Numbered from the stretch's first letter, positions 8,558-18,835 are shown. The stretch: 46,321 bases of DNA from Treponema sp. (GCA_003245635.1 QKCO01000016.1:1-46321); one strand, 5' to 3'. Notes: generated by a model not told the origin, from the sequence alone. Numbers and translations: made by a program.

Positions 8558-8792
8558 ACTAGATCCTCCTTAGTTCAACCCTGCAGGATTACTGCTTTAG
8601 TCGACTTTAGAAATCATTTTAATACACTTCTGAATATTGTCAATTTATTTCGCTTTATAATAAATCTATTTTTTGATATAATGAATTCATTTATAGATAA
8701 ATATCGCCTTATTTAAAGAGCTGAGAAACATTCTTGACGGAAAAGTTCCGAGGGAGTAATCTGATTTCACTTTAGTAAGATAGGATTCATAT
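8558..8792. promoter_or_regulatory. AT-rich divergent promoter region (tctC leftwards, gntR rightwards)
   Basis: 235 bp that is visibly far more AT-rich than the rest of the window, lying between the tctC and GntR starts, with multiple TATAAT/TTGAC-like hexamers. Confidence 0.5.
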
Positions 8793-9545
8793 ATGACTGA
8801 AAAGAATTCAAACAAACAAAAACCCTCGATGGATAAAGAACCGAGCGATGCTATCGTCATGGTCCACAACGCTTTGCGGGAAAAAATCATGAACAAGGAA
8901 CTGCTGCCGGGTGAAAAGATCAACCAGATTGCGGAGGCCAACCTACTTCATGTCAGCCGCACACCCGTGGTCAATGCATTGCATCGGCTTGAGTCGGAGG
9001 GCTTGGTAGACCGAACCCAGAATTCAGGTTTTACCGTACACCGCCTATCCATAGGTGAGCTTCAGGAGTTATTCGATCTGCGTGAGGTTTTCGACATCAT
9101 AGTAGCCAACGATTTGGCGATAAACGCTACCGATGAGGAAATCGACGTTCTCGAGAATCTATTTTCCCACTATTTAACGCATCCTGAAGAGTTGACGGTA
9201 GAGACCTACCGTGCGCTGGACCTGGAATTTCATACGCTGCTTGTCAAATACTGCCGCAACAGCATGATGCATAAGATCTACGATAATTTTCAGATACTTG
9301 CGAGAACCTATACGGCCGGACTGATCCGCCACTATACAGAAACGCTGCAGGAACACATGACCATCATAAACGCCTTTCGGCAACACGATCCGAAGGCCGC
9401 GGAAAAGGAAATGCGAGAACACAATGCTAAGACGACCTCTTTGATTCATGAAACCATATCGGGACTCAAGCGAATGGGGCTTGATCCCGGCACGATCCAT
9501 GTCGATGATGTCATGCTTTCGCGAAACGATCGCGCGGCGCCCTAA
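8793..9545 (+). CDS. GntR-family transcriptional regulator (FadR/FCD C-terminal domain)
   Basis: N-terminal winged HTH (GEKINQIAEANLLHVSRTPVVNALHRLESEGLV) plus an FCD-type helical C-terminal domain, 250 aa. Confidence 0.85.
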   Translation: MTEKNSNKQKPSMDKEPSDAIVMVHNALREKIMNKELLPGEKINQIAEANLLHVSRTPVVNALHRLESEGLVDRTQNSGFTVHRLSIGELQELFDLREVFDIIVANDLAINATDEEIDVLENLFSHYLTHPEELTVETYRALDLEFHTLLVKYCRNSMMHKIYDNFQILARTYTAGLIRHYTETLQEHMTIINAFRQHDPKAAEKEMREHNAKTTSLIHETISGLKRMGLDPGTIHVDDVMLSRNDRAAP

Positions 9546-9637
9546 TATCGGAGGAATGGAGCCGAAGCCATCCATCGGATTTATTTGACATTTAAGTCAT
9601 ATTTGAGAAATTTCTTCCTTATAGAAGGAGAGCCTTC

Positions 9638-10057
9638 ATGTTCGATTTCAGCCTTTCCTGGGTTCCGCTCGTCGTCGTCGCGCTCGCCAACTTCTTCATG
9701 AGCTGGCTCTGGTATTCCCCGATCCTGTTCATGAAGCCCTGGGCAAAAGCCCTCGGCACCTACGGCAAGACGGAAATGACAGAAGCCGAGAAGCGCGCCA
9801 TGCCCTTCCTTTTCGCCAGCGGACTCCTCTCGTCCTTCATCCTATCTTTCGGCCTGCAGGCGGTGGTCCGCGGACTCGGCGCCGAAAGCTTCGCGCAGGG
9901 AGCGCTCGCCGGAACGGTGCTGTGGGCGGTCTTCGCGCTCACCCACAGCCTCAATACGCTCTGGGAGGGCCGCAAACCGATCGTGCTCCTAATCAACAAC
10001 GGCCTGTTCCTGCTCACTTACGCGCTTTTCGGCGGTACCGTCGCCGTCTGGCGTTGA
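9638..10057 (+). CDS. DUF1761 family membrane protein
   Basis: The MFDFSLSW... start, 4 TM segments and 139 aa are typical of the DUF1761 architecture. GAAGGAG RBS upstream. Confidence 0.65.
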   Translation: MFDFSLSWVPLVVVALANFFMSWLWYSPILFMKPWAKALGTYGKTEMTEAEKRAMPFLFASGLLSSFILSFGLQAVVRGLGAESFAQGALAGTVLWAVFALTHSLNTLWEGRKPIVLLINNGLFLLTYALFGGTVAVWR

Positions 10058-10126
10058 CGCCGCCGCGCCGTTCTTCCTGGACTTTTCGCGCGATTACCGC
10101 TATTTTACCCGGATCAAGGAGTAACC

Positions 10127-10633
10127 ATGGACAACACGCGCGTACTGTTCGAAACGACCCTCGGAAATATCACGATAGAGCTCGACGACGAGAAGGCGCC
10201 CAATACCGCCAAGAATTTCGCCGACTACGCCCGCTCGGGCTTCTACGACGGCACGATCTTCCACCGGATCATCCCCGGCTTCGTCGTGCAGGGCGGCGGT
10301 ATGGAGAGCGGCATGAAGCAGAAAAAGGGCATGGACCCGATCCGCAACGAGGCGACCAACGGCCTCAAGAACCTGCGCGGAACCCTCTCCATGGCGCGCA
10401 CAAACGATCCTCATTCCGCCACGAGCCAGTTCTTCATCAACCTGACGGACAACGCGGCGCTCGACCACAAGGCGCCGACCGGCGCGGGCTGGGGCTACGC
10501 CGTTTTCGGCAAGGTGGTCGAAGGCATGGACGTGGTCGACGCGATGGCGAAGGTTCCGACCGGCAGTGCGGGCTTCCACGACGACGTGCCGAAGACCGAC
10601 ATTTCCGTCGTCAAGGCGTCCGTGGTCGGCTGA
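10127..10633 (+). CDS. ppiB: peptidyl-prolyl cis-trans isomerase, cyclophilin type
   Basis: Cyclophilin signature ([14 protein letters not shown]...GTLSMAR...SQFFIN); 168 aa; AAGGAG RBS upstream. Confidence 0.9.
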   Translation: MDNTRVLFETTLGNITIELDDEKAPNTAKNFADYARSGFYDGTIFHRIIPGFVVQGGGMESGMKQKKGMDPIRNEATNGLKNLRGTLSMARTNDPHSATSQFFINLTDNAALDHKAPTGAGWGYAVFGKVVEGMDVVDAMAKVPTGSAGFHDDVPKTDISVVKASVVG

Positions 10634-10657
10634 TCGCGGTCCCCCGGCGGGAAGCCG

Positions 10658-11455
10658 CTACGCTTTCCGCTCTTTCTTTCCCCAGCCCACGGCCGCGCGC
10701 ATGCGGGCGTGGGCGGCGGGGGAGAATTCCAATTTAACCGAAAGAGAAGCGAAGCCCGGCGCGTCGGCCGACTGCGCGGCTTCGGAACATTCGCCCTTCA
10801 GCGTGCAGGAGAGATCCCCCTCGGAGGGCTCGAACTCCACGATATCGCCGGGAGCGGGAAGCGGTCCTTCGAATTCGCCGAAAACGCGCATCGACCGCGC
10901 TGATATAGCGACGACCTTCAATCGATCCGCGACGCAGCCTTCCTTCAGGATCGATACGTGCGCGCATTGGAGGGTCTTCTCGATCTGCTCGCCGGACAGG
11001 TCCCCGTCCGGCGCTTCCTTGTAGAAGAGCTCCGCTTCGTCGACATTCATGAAATACGACACGAGCAGTTCCTTGAACGCGAGAGGCGCGGTCGAAAACT
11101 CGATGTCGATGAAGCAGTAGGGGGAGGCGGGATCGGGCTTGCGGAACGCGACGATGCGGCAGACCAGAAAGAAGCTCTCCGGCTTCGAGCTGTAGGGCGA
11201 TTTCCAGGTGATCGAGAATTTCTGCTGCTTCGCCGCGTACGGCGAGAAGAAGCCGACTTCGCGTTCGCTCAAGAAAGCCAGAAGACTCGCCTTGCCGAGC
11301 GAAAGGTCGAACGGCACGCAGGAAACGAAGAATTCCTCGATCCGCAAATGGATGCTTTTCTTTATCAGCCCGAGCCGATCGAAAACCGCCGGCGTCAGCC
11401 GGAGCGTCCGATCCTGGTAGGCCGCTGCTTTCTCGTTGACCAGTCGGGAGTCCAT
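10658..11455 (-). CDS. hypothetical protein, possible PilZ-domain (c-di-GMP binding) protein
   Basis: Start ATG at 11455 (MDSRLVNEK) with GGAG upstream. The N-terminal half has an RxxR...(~30 aa)...DxSxG arrangement reminiscent of PilZ, but the match is weak. Confidence 0.45.
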   Translation of the reverse strand: MDSRLVNEKAAAYQDRTLRLTPAVFDRLGLIKKSIHLRIEEFFVSCVPFDLSLGKASLLAFLSEREVGFFSPYAAKQQKFSITWKSPYSSKPESFFLVCRIVAFRKPDPASPYCFIDIEFSTAPLAFKELLVSYFMNVDEAELFYKEAPDGDLSGEQIEKTLQCAHVSILKEGCVADRLKVVAISARSMRVFGEFEGPLPAPGDIVEFEPSEGDLSCTLKGECSEAAQSADAPGFASLSVKLEFSPAAHARMRAAVGWGKKERKA

Positions 11456-11566
11456 CGTTCCCACTTTACTCCAAGGCACGGCGGCGGTAAAGATCGGCCG
11501 AACGGCGGAGCGCCTTTTTGCATGCGAAATCTGTTCGGTTTCAGCCCGAACGTGCTATAACCGGGC

Positions 11567-12148
11567 ATGGAACGAACACGGATCGAAACCCTCTGCGTCT
11601 ACTGCGGATCCAATTACGGGATATCGCCCGAATACAAGGCCGGCGCCGAAGCGCTCGCCGACGCCATGGCGAAACGCGGCATATCATTGGTGTACGGGGC
11701 GGGCAACGTCGGCCTCATGGGAGCGCTCGCCGATCGGCTCATCGAACGGGGAGGACGGGCCGTCGGCGTGATTCCGCGCAAGCTCGCCGACCTCGGGCTG
11801 TCCCACGGCGGACTACATGAAACGGTCATCGCCGAAACGATGCGCGAACGCAAGGCGGCCATGATCGAGCGCGGCGACGCCTTCGTCGCCCTGCCCGGCG
11901 GCATCGGCACCATCGAGGAGCTTGCGGAGCTCATGACGCTCAACCAGCTCGGGTACACGGCCAAGCCGATCGGCCTGCTCGATTCGGGCGGCTTCTGGCA
12001 GCCGTTCATCGCCTTCATGGAGCACGTCGTCGCGGAGGGCTTCCTGAAGCGGGCCCAGCTAGACCAACTGGTCGTCGAATCCGATCCCGAACGGCTCCTC
12101 GATCGCCTCGCCTCCGCCGAGACGCGCTACGTTCCCAAATGGAATTGA
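11567..12148 (+). CDS. LOG-family cytokinin riboside 5'-monophosphate phosphoribohydrolase (TIGR00730)
   Basis: Has the CVYCGS...GG...PGGIGTIEE motifs diagnostic of the LOG/YvdD family; 193 aa. Confidence 0.85.
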   Translation: MERTRIETLCVYCGSNYGISPEYKAGAEALADAMAKRGISLVYGAGNVGLMGALADRLIERGGRAVGVIPRKLADLGLSHGGLHETVIAETMRERKAAMIERGDAFVALPGGIGTIEELAELMTLNQLGYTAKPIGLLDSGGFWQPFIAFMEHVVAEGFLKRAQLDQLVVESDPERLLDRLASAETRYVPKWN

Positions 12149-12220
12149 GCTGCGGGCTTTTTGCATTGCGGCGGCCGAAGAATTAGGATTAGAGCTTAGC
12201 CGCTTTTCCGGGAGAATCGA

Positions 12221-14125
12221 ATGAAACGCATTTCTACGTTCGTTGTCGTCGTCAACGCCGCAATCTTCGCGCTCGTGCTCGGCGTCTTTTCCGTGCTCGT
12301 CACCCGGCAATCCGCGTCGATGATCGAAGACGACTCGCGCCAGCTGCTGACCGAATGGACGGAGTCCTGGGGCAAACGGGTCGACGGCATCTTCGCCGAA
12401 CGCTTCGCGTACATCAAATTCTACAAGGACTATATCGCCCGCACGCTGACCCTCGACACGCTCGGCGACGGCAAAGCGCTGCGCGAATACTTCAAGAAGA
12501 TGATCGAAGTCGGCTCCGGAGTGATGGAGAAGGAGCGTTTCCTCGACCTCTACGCGTGGTTCGCCCCCGAGTACACCGACGATGTGCAGCACCTCACGAT
12601 ACAGAGCCTCAAGATGGACGGCAAGCTCGAGTACAAGAGCGATACGCGCTACAAGCGCGCGGACATGGGAGGGGCTGACTGGGCCTGGTTCACCGACGCG
12701 GAAAAGAACGGAAGAACCATCACCGAACCGTACGTCTGGGAAGGCTTCGACGACAAGCTCGTCTCCATGACCGAAGTCCTCGAGATCGCCGGAAAGAAGG
12801 TCGGCGTCGTCGGATCGGACCTGTTCGTCGGATCCTTCGGCAAGGATCTCGACGCGCAGAAGATCCTGAAGACGGGCTATTTCGCGGTTCTAAGCGATTC
12901 GGGAACCCTGCTCTTCCATCCGACGGCGGCGGGCAAGAAGGCGGAGGAAGTTTTCGGCCCCGAAGGGGCGAAGCTCATCGACCGCATCAAAGCGACGAAG
13001 ACGGGTTCGGGCGTCCTCGAGATCAAAATGAACGGTCAGCGTCAGCTGATCGGGTTCAGGACCCTTTCGAGCGGCTGGCGGCTTCTGGCGGTGCCGACCA
13101 TGAGCGAGATCTTCGCGCCCGTCTATCGGCTCATCGCGATGATGGTCCTGTTCTCCCTCATGGCCATCGCCGTCCTCGTGGCGCTTTCGCTGGTCGTCGG
13201 CCGCTCGCTCGCCAAGCCCATCGGTTCGGTGACCCAGCTCCTTTCGGTGATCGCGTCGGGAGATCTCCAGATCGACATCCCCGAAACGCTGCTCGCGCGC
13301 AAGGACGAACTGGGAGCGCTCGCCGCTTCGACCGGCCGGATGGTTGAGAACATAGCCGACATCATCGAGAACGCGAAAGGCGCGTCCGCGGTGGTCCTCT
13401 CCGGCTCGAACGAGATCACCGACGCATCAGCGCAACTCAGCCAGGGCGCTTCCGAGCAGGCGGCCTCCATGGAGGAGGTTTCGAGCTCGATGGAGGAGAT
13501 GGCCGCGAACATCAAGCAGAATTCGGACGGAGCCCAGGAGACCTACTCCATCGCGGCGAAGACGGCGGACGACGCCAAGCGGGGCGGCCAGATGGTCGCG
13601 CAGGCGGTCGAAGCGGTCCGCCGCATCTCCGAGAAGATCGGCATCATAGACGAGATCGCGCGCCAGACGAATCTGCTCGCGCTCAACGCCGCGATCGAAG
13701 CCGCCCGGGCGGGAGACGCCGGCAAGGGCTTCGCGGTCGTCGCGAGCGAAGTGCGCAAGCTCGCCGAACGCAGCCAAGTGGCCGCGGCGGAAATCACCGA
13801 CCTATCGGGAAACACCGTTTCGGTATCGGAGCAGACCCTCGCCATCATCGAGGCCATCGTCCCGAGCATCGAGAAAACCACCGAAATGCTGCAGGAGATA
13901 GCCACCGCCAGCCGCGAGCAGACGGTCGGCGCCGAGCAGATCAACCTCGCGCTCGCGCAACTGGATAAAGTCGTCCAGCAGAACGCGGCTTCTTCCGAGG
14001 AGCTGTCTGCGACCGCGGGCACGCTCAACGGCAAGGCGACCGAACTCGACGAAATCGTATCGTTCTTCAAAATCGGCGGCGGCAAAGACCGAGGCGGCAA
14101 GCTGCTCGAACTGCCGGAGGCGTAG
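12221..14125 (+). CDS. methyl-accepting chemotaxis protein with a Cache-type periplasmic sensor domain
   Basis: Order is N-terminal TM, periplasmic domain, second TM, HAMP, then a conserved MCP signalling domain ([32 protein letters not shown]). Confidence 0.9.
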   Translation: MKRISTFVVVVNAAIFALVLGVFSVLVTRQSASMIEDDSRQLLTEWTESWGKRVDGIFAERFAYIKFYKDYIARTLTLDTLGDGKALREYFKKMIEVGSGVMEKERFLDLYAWFAPEYTDDVQHLTIQSLKMDGKLEYKSDTRYKRADMGGADWAWFTDAEKNGRTITEPYVWEGFDDKLVSMTEVLEIAGKKVGVVGSDLFVGSFGKDLDAQKILKTGYFAVLSDSGTLLFHPTAAGKKAEEVFGPEGAKLIDRIKATKTGSGVLEIKMNGQRQLIGFRTLSSGWRLLAVPTMSEIFAPVYRLIAMMVLFSLMAIAVLVALSLVVGRSLAKPIGSVTQLLSVIASGDLQIDIPETLLARKDELGALAASTGRMVENIADIIENAKGASAVVLSGSNEITDASAQLSQGASEQAASMEEVSSSMEEMAANIKQNSDGAQETYSIAAKTADDAKRGGQMVAQAVEAVRRISEKIGIIDEIARQTNLLALNAAIEAARAGDAGKGFAVVASEVRKLAERSQVAAAEITDLSGNTVSVSEQTLAIIEAIVPSIEKTTEMLQEIATASREQTVGAEQINLALAQLDKVVQQNAASSEELSATAGTLNGKATELDEIVSFFKIGGGKDRGGKLLELPEA

Positions 14126-14130
14126 GGGGA

Positions 14131-14166
14131 CGCAACCGCCCGGAAGCGGAGAACTTCCGGGCGTTG
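14131..14166. terminator. bidirectional stem-loop between the convergent MCP and aminotransferase genes
   Basis: GCAACcGCCCGGAAG-cggagaa-CTTCCGGGCGTTGC forms a 14-bp stem with one bulge. It sits between the stops at 14125 and 14178, and T-rich sequence follows. Confidence 0.5.
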
Positions 14167-14177
14167 CTCACTCGGCG

Positions 14178-15374
14178 TTATTTTTCCGCGTATTCCTTGA
14201 ACTTTCCCAGACCTTCCTCGATCAAGGCCATGTCGATGCCCGAATAGGCTAGGCGCACGTAGCGGCGCGTCTCTCCCGGCAGCGCGCGGCCGAAATGGAG
14301 CCGCGTGCAGAAGGAAACGCCGGTCGTGTGCAGGACATCTTTGCGGAAACCCTCGTAGTCGTCGGCGAATCCCTTGGCCTTCATCAGAGCGGTCACGTCG
14401 GGGTACAGGTAGAAGGTGGCGTCGGGGCGGTAGCAGGTGACGCCGGGGACGGAATTGAGGATGACGGCCGCTCTGTCCCGCCGCTCCTTCAGGATACCGA
14501 TGATCTTCCGCGATCCGCTCTGGTCGCCGGTGAGAGCTTCGATGCCGGCCAACTGGATGAAGTTGGAGGTGCAGGATTCGTCGTTGAGGTTGAGCTTGGC
14601 GATGACGTCGATCACCGACCGGGGTCCGAGCGCGGCGCCCAGGCGCCATCCGGTCATCGCGTACTTCTTGGAGAAGGTGTAGAGGATAATTGAGCGCTCG
14701 GCCATGCCGGGGAAGGATACCAGCGTCTTCGACTTGCCCGAGAAGCGCATGTCGAAATAGGCCTCGTCGCACAGGACGTAAAGGCCGTGCTTCACCGCGA
14801 ACTCCGCGATCGCCTTCAGCTCCGCCTCAGAAGCCTCGGCTCCGGTCGGATTCTGCAGGTCGTTGACGATGAGGAGCCTCGTCTTGGGAGTGACCGCCTT
14901 CTCGAGCGACGCCATGTCGAAGCCGAAATTGTCCTTACCGGGCACGAAGCCGTACGGAACGGCCTTGCCGCCGTGGAACTCTATCTGCGACTCGTAGATC
15001 GGGTAGCCGGGGTTCGGGTAGAGGACTTCGTCGCCGGGGTTCATGAGCGATAGGATGAACTTGCCGATGACCGGCTTCCCGCCGGGCTGGATCGCGACGT
15101 TCGAGGCGTCGAAGGACGTGCCGTGGCTGGCGTTGACGTCGGCGGCGAGCGCTTCCCGGAGTTCGGCGATGCCGGCGTTGGCGACGTAGCCGGTCTTTCC
15201 GTCGAGCATCGCCTTATGTGCCGCCTCGATGATGTTGTCGGGCGTGCGGATATTGATGTCGCCTATGTGGAAGGCGTAGACCTTGTGGCCCTGCGCCGCC
15301 CACTCGCGGGCTTCCGCCGAAACGGCGAACGCGGTTTCCGTGCCGAGCCGTCCGATCCTTTCCGCGTTTTTCAT
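14178..15374 (-). CDS. pyridoxal-phosphate-dependent aminotransferase, class I/II (aspartate aminotransferase family)
   Basis: Start ATG at 15374 (MKNAERIG) with AGGAGG upstream. The family N-x-P-x-N-P-T-G motif (NDLQNPTGA) and PLP-lysine motif (FSKKYAMTGWRLG) are present. Confidence 0.85.
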   Translation of the reverse strand: MKNAERIGRLGTETAFAVSAEAREWAAQGHKVYAFHIGDINIRTPDNIIEAAHKAMLDGKTGYVANAGIAELREALAADVNASHGTSFDASNVAIQPGGKPVIGKFILSLMNPGDEVLYPNPGYPIYESQIEFHGGKAVPYGFVPGKDNFGFDMASLEKAVTPKTRLLIVNDLQNPTGAEASEAELKAIAEFAVKHGLYVLCDEAYFDMRFSGKSKTLVSFPGMAERSIILYTFSKKYAMTGWRLGAALGPRSVIDVIAKLNLNDESCTSNFIQLAGIEALTGDQSGSRKIIGILKERRDRAAVILNSVPGVTCYRPDATFYLYPDVTALMKAKGFADDYEGFRKDVLHTTGVSFCTRLHFGRALPGETRRYVRLAYSGIDMALIEEGLGKFKEYAEK

Positions 15375-15498
15375 GCTGCCTCCTGTCGTATCCGAAATGC
15401 GAATTCCACTGTCGCGCCGCTCGCCGGCGCTGTCAAGAGAAAAGAGCCGCGCCTGCCTCGGGCCTTGCACGGTTCGGCCGACGCGGGAGGCGAAGGGC

Positions 15499-15963
15499 TT
15501 ATTCCGCGGCCCTCGTCTGCATCATGACCGTATGCTCGCCTTCGGCGACGGTCTCGCCGCGCTGATTCACGAGCCGCACCGATTCGACGACGATGCCCCT
15601 CCCGCTCTTGCTGGTGGACCGCTTCGATTCGATGCGCCACTCGACATGCACCGTATCGCCGATGAGCACAGCCTTCTTGAAGCGCCAGGACCACTCGAGG
15701 GATGCGAGGGACGTGCCTTCGAACAGCCCGAGGCGCGACTTGAGGCCTTCGGCGATCGAGAGCCCCAGCAGACCGTGGGCGATCCGGGTGCCGTAGATGC
15801 TCGTTTCCTTGGAGTATTCCTCGTCCGTATGGAGCTGGTTGTAGTCCCCTGTCAAACCCGAATATGCGGCCACGTCCGCTTCGGTGATGGTCCGGCCGGG
15901 GCTCTCGAACTCCTCGCCGACCTTGAAATCCTCGAAATACTTTCCCTGGTGCCGGTATGCCAT
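15499..15963 (-). CDS. MaoC-like (R)-specific enoyl-CoA hydratase / dehydratase (hot-dog fold)
   Basis: Start ATG at 15963 (MAYRHQGKYFEDFKVGE) with AAGGAG upstream. Hot-dog fold motifs (DYNQLHTDEEY...GTRIAHGLL) over 154 aa. Confidence 0.8.
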   Translation of the reverse strand: MAYRHQGKYFEDFKVGEEFESPGRTITEADVAAYSGLTGDYNQLHTDEEYSKETSIYGTRIAHGLLGLSIAEGLKSRLGLFEGTSLASLEWSWRFKKAVLIGDTVHVEWRIESKRSTSKSGRGIVVESVRLVNQRGETVAEGEHTVMMQTRAAE

Positions 15964-15982
15964 TTCAATCTCCTTAGAGGAA

Positions 15983-17068
15983 TTACGGCGTGCTCTTAAT
16001 CGGCGGCGGACAGGTCGATTGCCTGACGACCAGCGGCGCGGGAAGAAACACCCGCTTCGGACCGGCATGCGGGTGCTCGATCGCGTATAGAAGCATGCGG
16101 GCGGCTTCCGCGCCGATGAGCTCGGGACAGGTCGAAATGGTCGTAAGGGGAGGACGCCAGGATGCCGACCAGGCGCTGTCGTCGAACCCGACGACGGAAA
16201 AATCCTTCCCCGCTTCCATCCCGAGGGTGTTGAGCCCGAAGACCACTCCGTAGGCGATGCTGTCGTTGTAGCAGAACGCGGCGGTCGGCGGATCGGACAG
16301 GCGGCGTTCAAGAAGCTCCCGGATCGCCTCGCTCCCTTCATGCAGCGATATGTTGGTGGGAATGTTGAGCGCCGGATCCACGGGAATGCCCGCCTCTTCG
16401 TGGGCGAGCAGATAGCCCCGCTCGCGATCCCCGCGGGGAGAAGCGCTGCAGCTGCCGCCGATGAACGCGATGCGCCGATGCCCGAGGGAGATCAGATGAT
16501 TCACCGCGGAGAACGAGCCTTCCACATTGTTGCCCTCGACATAGCTCGACTTGAGTCCCTTGACGTAGCGGGTGAACATAACGTGAGGGACGCCGCTGCC
16601 GGTCAACGCCGAGAGATCCTGCTTCCTGGTACCGCGCGCGGGACAAATGAGGATGCCGTCGGTGCCGTGCTCGAACATCGCTTCGATCGATTTTCTCTGC
16701 CGCTCGATGCTTTCGGACGTGTTCGCCAGCAGCACGACGCGGCCCGCCTTTTCGAATTCCTTCTCCACGCCGACGATGAGCTCGGCGAAAAACGGGTTGG
16801 TGATATCGGCGACGATCAGTCCGACGGTATGGGATTTCTGCGAGCGAAGCGTGGCGGCTGCGCGGTTGTACACATAACCTAGCTTTTGGATCGATCTAAC
16901 GACGCGGACCCGCGTCTCCTGCGCGACGGCGGTGCTCCCGCGAAGCACGAGCGAAACGGTCGATCTGGATACGCCCGCATCCGTCGCCACGTCGGTGAGC
17001 GTCGCCTTTTTAAGCGTTCGGCCGTTATCCTCCACGATAAATCCCCATTCGAAAAGCTTGTTCGACAA
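15983..17068 (-). CDS. LacI-family transcriptional regulator
   Basis: HTH (ATLTDVATDAGVSRSTVSLVLRG) plus a periplasmic-binding-protein-like sugar-binding domain. The start is uncertain (TTG at 17068 or an internal GTG). Confidence 0.8.
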   Translation of the reverse strand: MSNKLFEWGFIVEDNGRTLKKATLTDVATDAGVSRSTVSLVLRGSTAVAQETRVRVVRSIQKLGYVYNRAAATLRSQKSHTVGLIVADITNPFFAELIVGVEKEFEKAGRVVLLANTSESIERQRKSIEAMFEHGTDGILICPARGTRKQDLSALTGSGVPHVMFTRYVKGLKSSYVEGNNVEGSFSAVNHLISLGHRRIAFIGGSCSASPRGDRERGYLLAHEEAGIPVDPALNIPTNISLHEGSEAIRELLERRLSDPPTAAFCYNDSIAYGVVFGLNTLGMEAGKDFSVVGFDDSAWSASWRPPLTTISTCPELIGAEAARMLLYAIEHPHAGPKRVFLPAPLVVRQSTCPPPIKSTP

Positions 17069-17103
17069 CCCTATCCAGGTTGGATCGGGTTGTCAAGTTT
17101 ACC

Positions 17104-17118
17104 CTCGAACGATTCGAG
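17104..17118. promoter_or_regulatory. candidate LacI-family operator (CTCGAA-CGA-TTCGAG)
   Basis: 6-bp perfect inverted repeat with a central CG, nested inside the outer 7-bp inverted repeat TTGTCAA...TTGACAA, in the divergent lacI/dctP promoter region. Confidence 0.4.
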
Positions 17119-17182
17119 TTTGACAAATCGGAATATGCGTCTTACCCTGATTTAGATCGATCCAATAAACAAGGAGGACTTG

Positions 17183-18211
17183 ATGAAACGCACGCTTTCT
17201 GCATTGGCATTGATCGCCCTCGCGGCGACCCTATCGCTTCCCGTCTTCGCCGGCGGTTCGAAGGACACGGCACCTTCCGCGGCGCCCGCCCCGCAGACGA
17301 TCAAGCTCGTCGGCCATACCATGCTCCCGAAGGAGCATGTCTATTACCGGACGATCGAAAAATTCGCCGAGCTGGTTAACCAATACTACAAGGGGCCGGT
17401 CAAGATCGAATGGGATCTCCACCACTCGGGCGATATCGGCACGGAAAAGGACGCCATCGAGTACATGATCCAGGGCACGGCCATCGACTTCTCGATCATC
17501 TCCCCCGCGTGGATCGCCAATTGGGACAAGACCGCGTCCTTCATCGACGCGCCCTTCATATTCAAGAGCGTCGACCATTGGAACAAGTGCATCGACGCCG
17601 ACGTGTTCGCGCCCATCCAGAAAACCATGATCGGCAAGGGCGTCCGCTTCATCGGCTACGGCGGCGGCGGCGTGCGCAACATCATCAGCAAGAAGGAAAT
17701 CCGCACTATCGATCAGTTCCCGACCCTGCAGATGCGCGTCCAAGGATCCCCGCTGCACCAGGCAGCCTTCTCCGCGACCGGCATCAAGGCGACTCCGATG
17801 GACTACATGGAAGTCTACAACGCCATCAAGACCGGCGTCCTCGACGCGCTGGAGAACGAGCCCGCGGGCCTTCAGGGCATGAAGTTCTATGAAGTCGCGC
17901 CGTACTACATCCTGACCGCCCACCAGATCACGACCCGCATCCTCGGCTTCAGCGAAAAGAAATTCCAGAGTCTGCCGAAAGATCTCCAGGATGCCGTTCT
18001 GAAAGCGGGCAAGGAAGCCTCGGCTTTCCACCGCAAGACCGAAGTCGCCGAAGGCGACGGCATCCTCAAACTCCTTGTCGAAAAGAACGGACTGAAGATC
18101 ATCCCCTTCGACAACACCGAGATGCGCCGCCGCGCCATGCCGGCGGTGGAGAAATTCGCCAAGGATAACGGGGCCTTCGAAGTCCTCGAAGCGATCAACG
18201 CCGTCAACTGA
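17183..18211 (+). CDS. dctP: TRAP transporter substrate-binding protein DctP family
   Basis: ATG at 17183 with AAGGAGG 5 nt upstream; signal peptide with AGGSKD; DctP-family fold; 342 aa. Confidence 0.9.
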   Translation: MKRTLSALALIALAATLSLPVFAGGSKDTAPSAAPAPQTIKLVGHTMLPKEHVYYRTIEKFAELVNQYYKGPVKIEWDLHHSGDIGTEKDAIEYMIQGTAIDFSIISPAWIANWDKTASFIDAPFIFKSVDHWNKCIDADVFAPIQKTMIGKGVRFIGYGGGGVRNIISKKEIRTIDQFPTLQMRVQGSPLHQAAFSATGIKATPMDYMEVYNAIKTGVLDALENEPAGLQGMKFYEVAPYYILTAHQITTRILGFSEKKFQSLPKDLQDAVLKAGKEASAFHRKTEVAEGDGILKLLVEKNGLKIIPFDNTEMRRRAMPAVEKFAKDNGAFEVLEAINAVN

Positions 18212-18313
18212 CGATCGGCGGCCCGCGACTCGAACAGTCTATTGAACGCTCACGGATCCGGGGGTTAAAAGCCCTCGGATCTTTGTTCCAAGCCGATCAC
18301 ACGGAAGGTTCGC

Positions 18314-18835
18314 ATGTACTTTAAATTCTGCAACGCAGTTAGTTTCATTCTCCAGAAAATCTTGATCATTCTCGGAATCATCCTGCTCGCCGCCGTCACC
18401 CTGCAGGTCGCGGGCCGCTACGTGCCCTTCATTCCCCGCTGGCTCTGGCCGCTCGAAGTGGCGAACTGGGCCATGATATGGATGGTGTTCATCGGCGCCA
18501 GCATGGGGCTCCGCGAAGGACGCCACTTCATGGTCGACCTGTTCCTGGGCAAAAGGCTCCCCGAGCCGTTCTTTATTTTCCTCAGGGTGGTCTACTACCT
18601 GATCATCGGAAGCGTCACCCTCGTGTTCATCGTATTCGGCTACACGTATCTAGTAAAATGGGGCTTCATCCAATCCTCGGAAATAATGGGAATCAATATG
18701 GGATTCCTTTACCTTTCGGTGCCCTTGTCCGGCGTCATCTGGCTGCTGTTCCTTATAGAGAACATCATCAAGGATCTGAGCGGTAAAACGAACGTGGCGC
18801 ACACCGCGCTCGACGCGGCCCAGGGGGCTCTGTGA
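18314..18835 (+). CDS. dctQ: TRAP transporter small permease DctQ
   Basis: 4-TM protein of about 170 aa immediately upstream of, and overlapping, the large permease. Confidence 0.85.
   Translation: MYFKFCNAVSFILQKILIILGIILLAAVTLQVAGRYVPFIPRWLWPLEVANWAMIWMVFIGASMGLREGRHFMVDLFLGKRLPEPFFIFLRVVYYLIIGSVTLVFIVFGYTYLVKWGFIQSSEIMGINMGFLYLSVPLSGVIWLLFLIENIIKDLSGKTNVAHTALDAAQGAL

Noticed and set aside
11517-11560. Inverted repeat TGTTCGG-N7-CCGAACG upstream of the LOG-family gene, reminiscent of the CCGAACA/TGTTCGG arms of the 57-bp element
   Set aside because: Only a 6-7-bp match in inverted arrangement, which is likely a coincidence at this GC content. Not called as a third copy.
13543-14772. 409-aa minus-strand ORF overlapping the MCP 3' end and the aminotransferase
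   Set aside because: Out of frame with both supported genes; Arg/Pro-rich translation; no RBS.
15375-15498. Possible terminator after the MaoC gene (U-rich UCUUUUCUCUU on the minus-strand RNA)
   Set aside because: I could not identify a convincing stem immediately preceding the U-rich stretch, only a 4-bp GGCC self-pair. Left uncalled.
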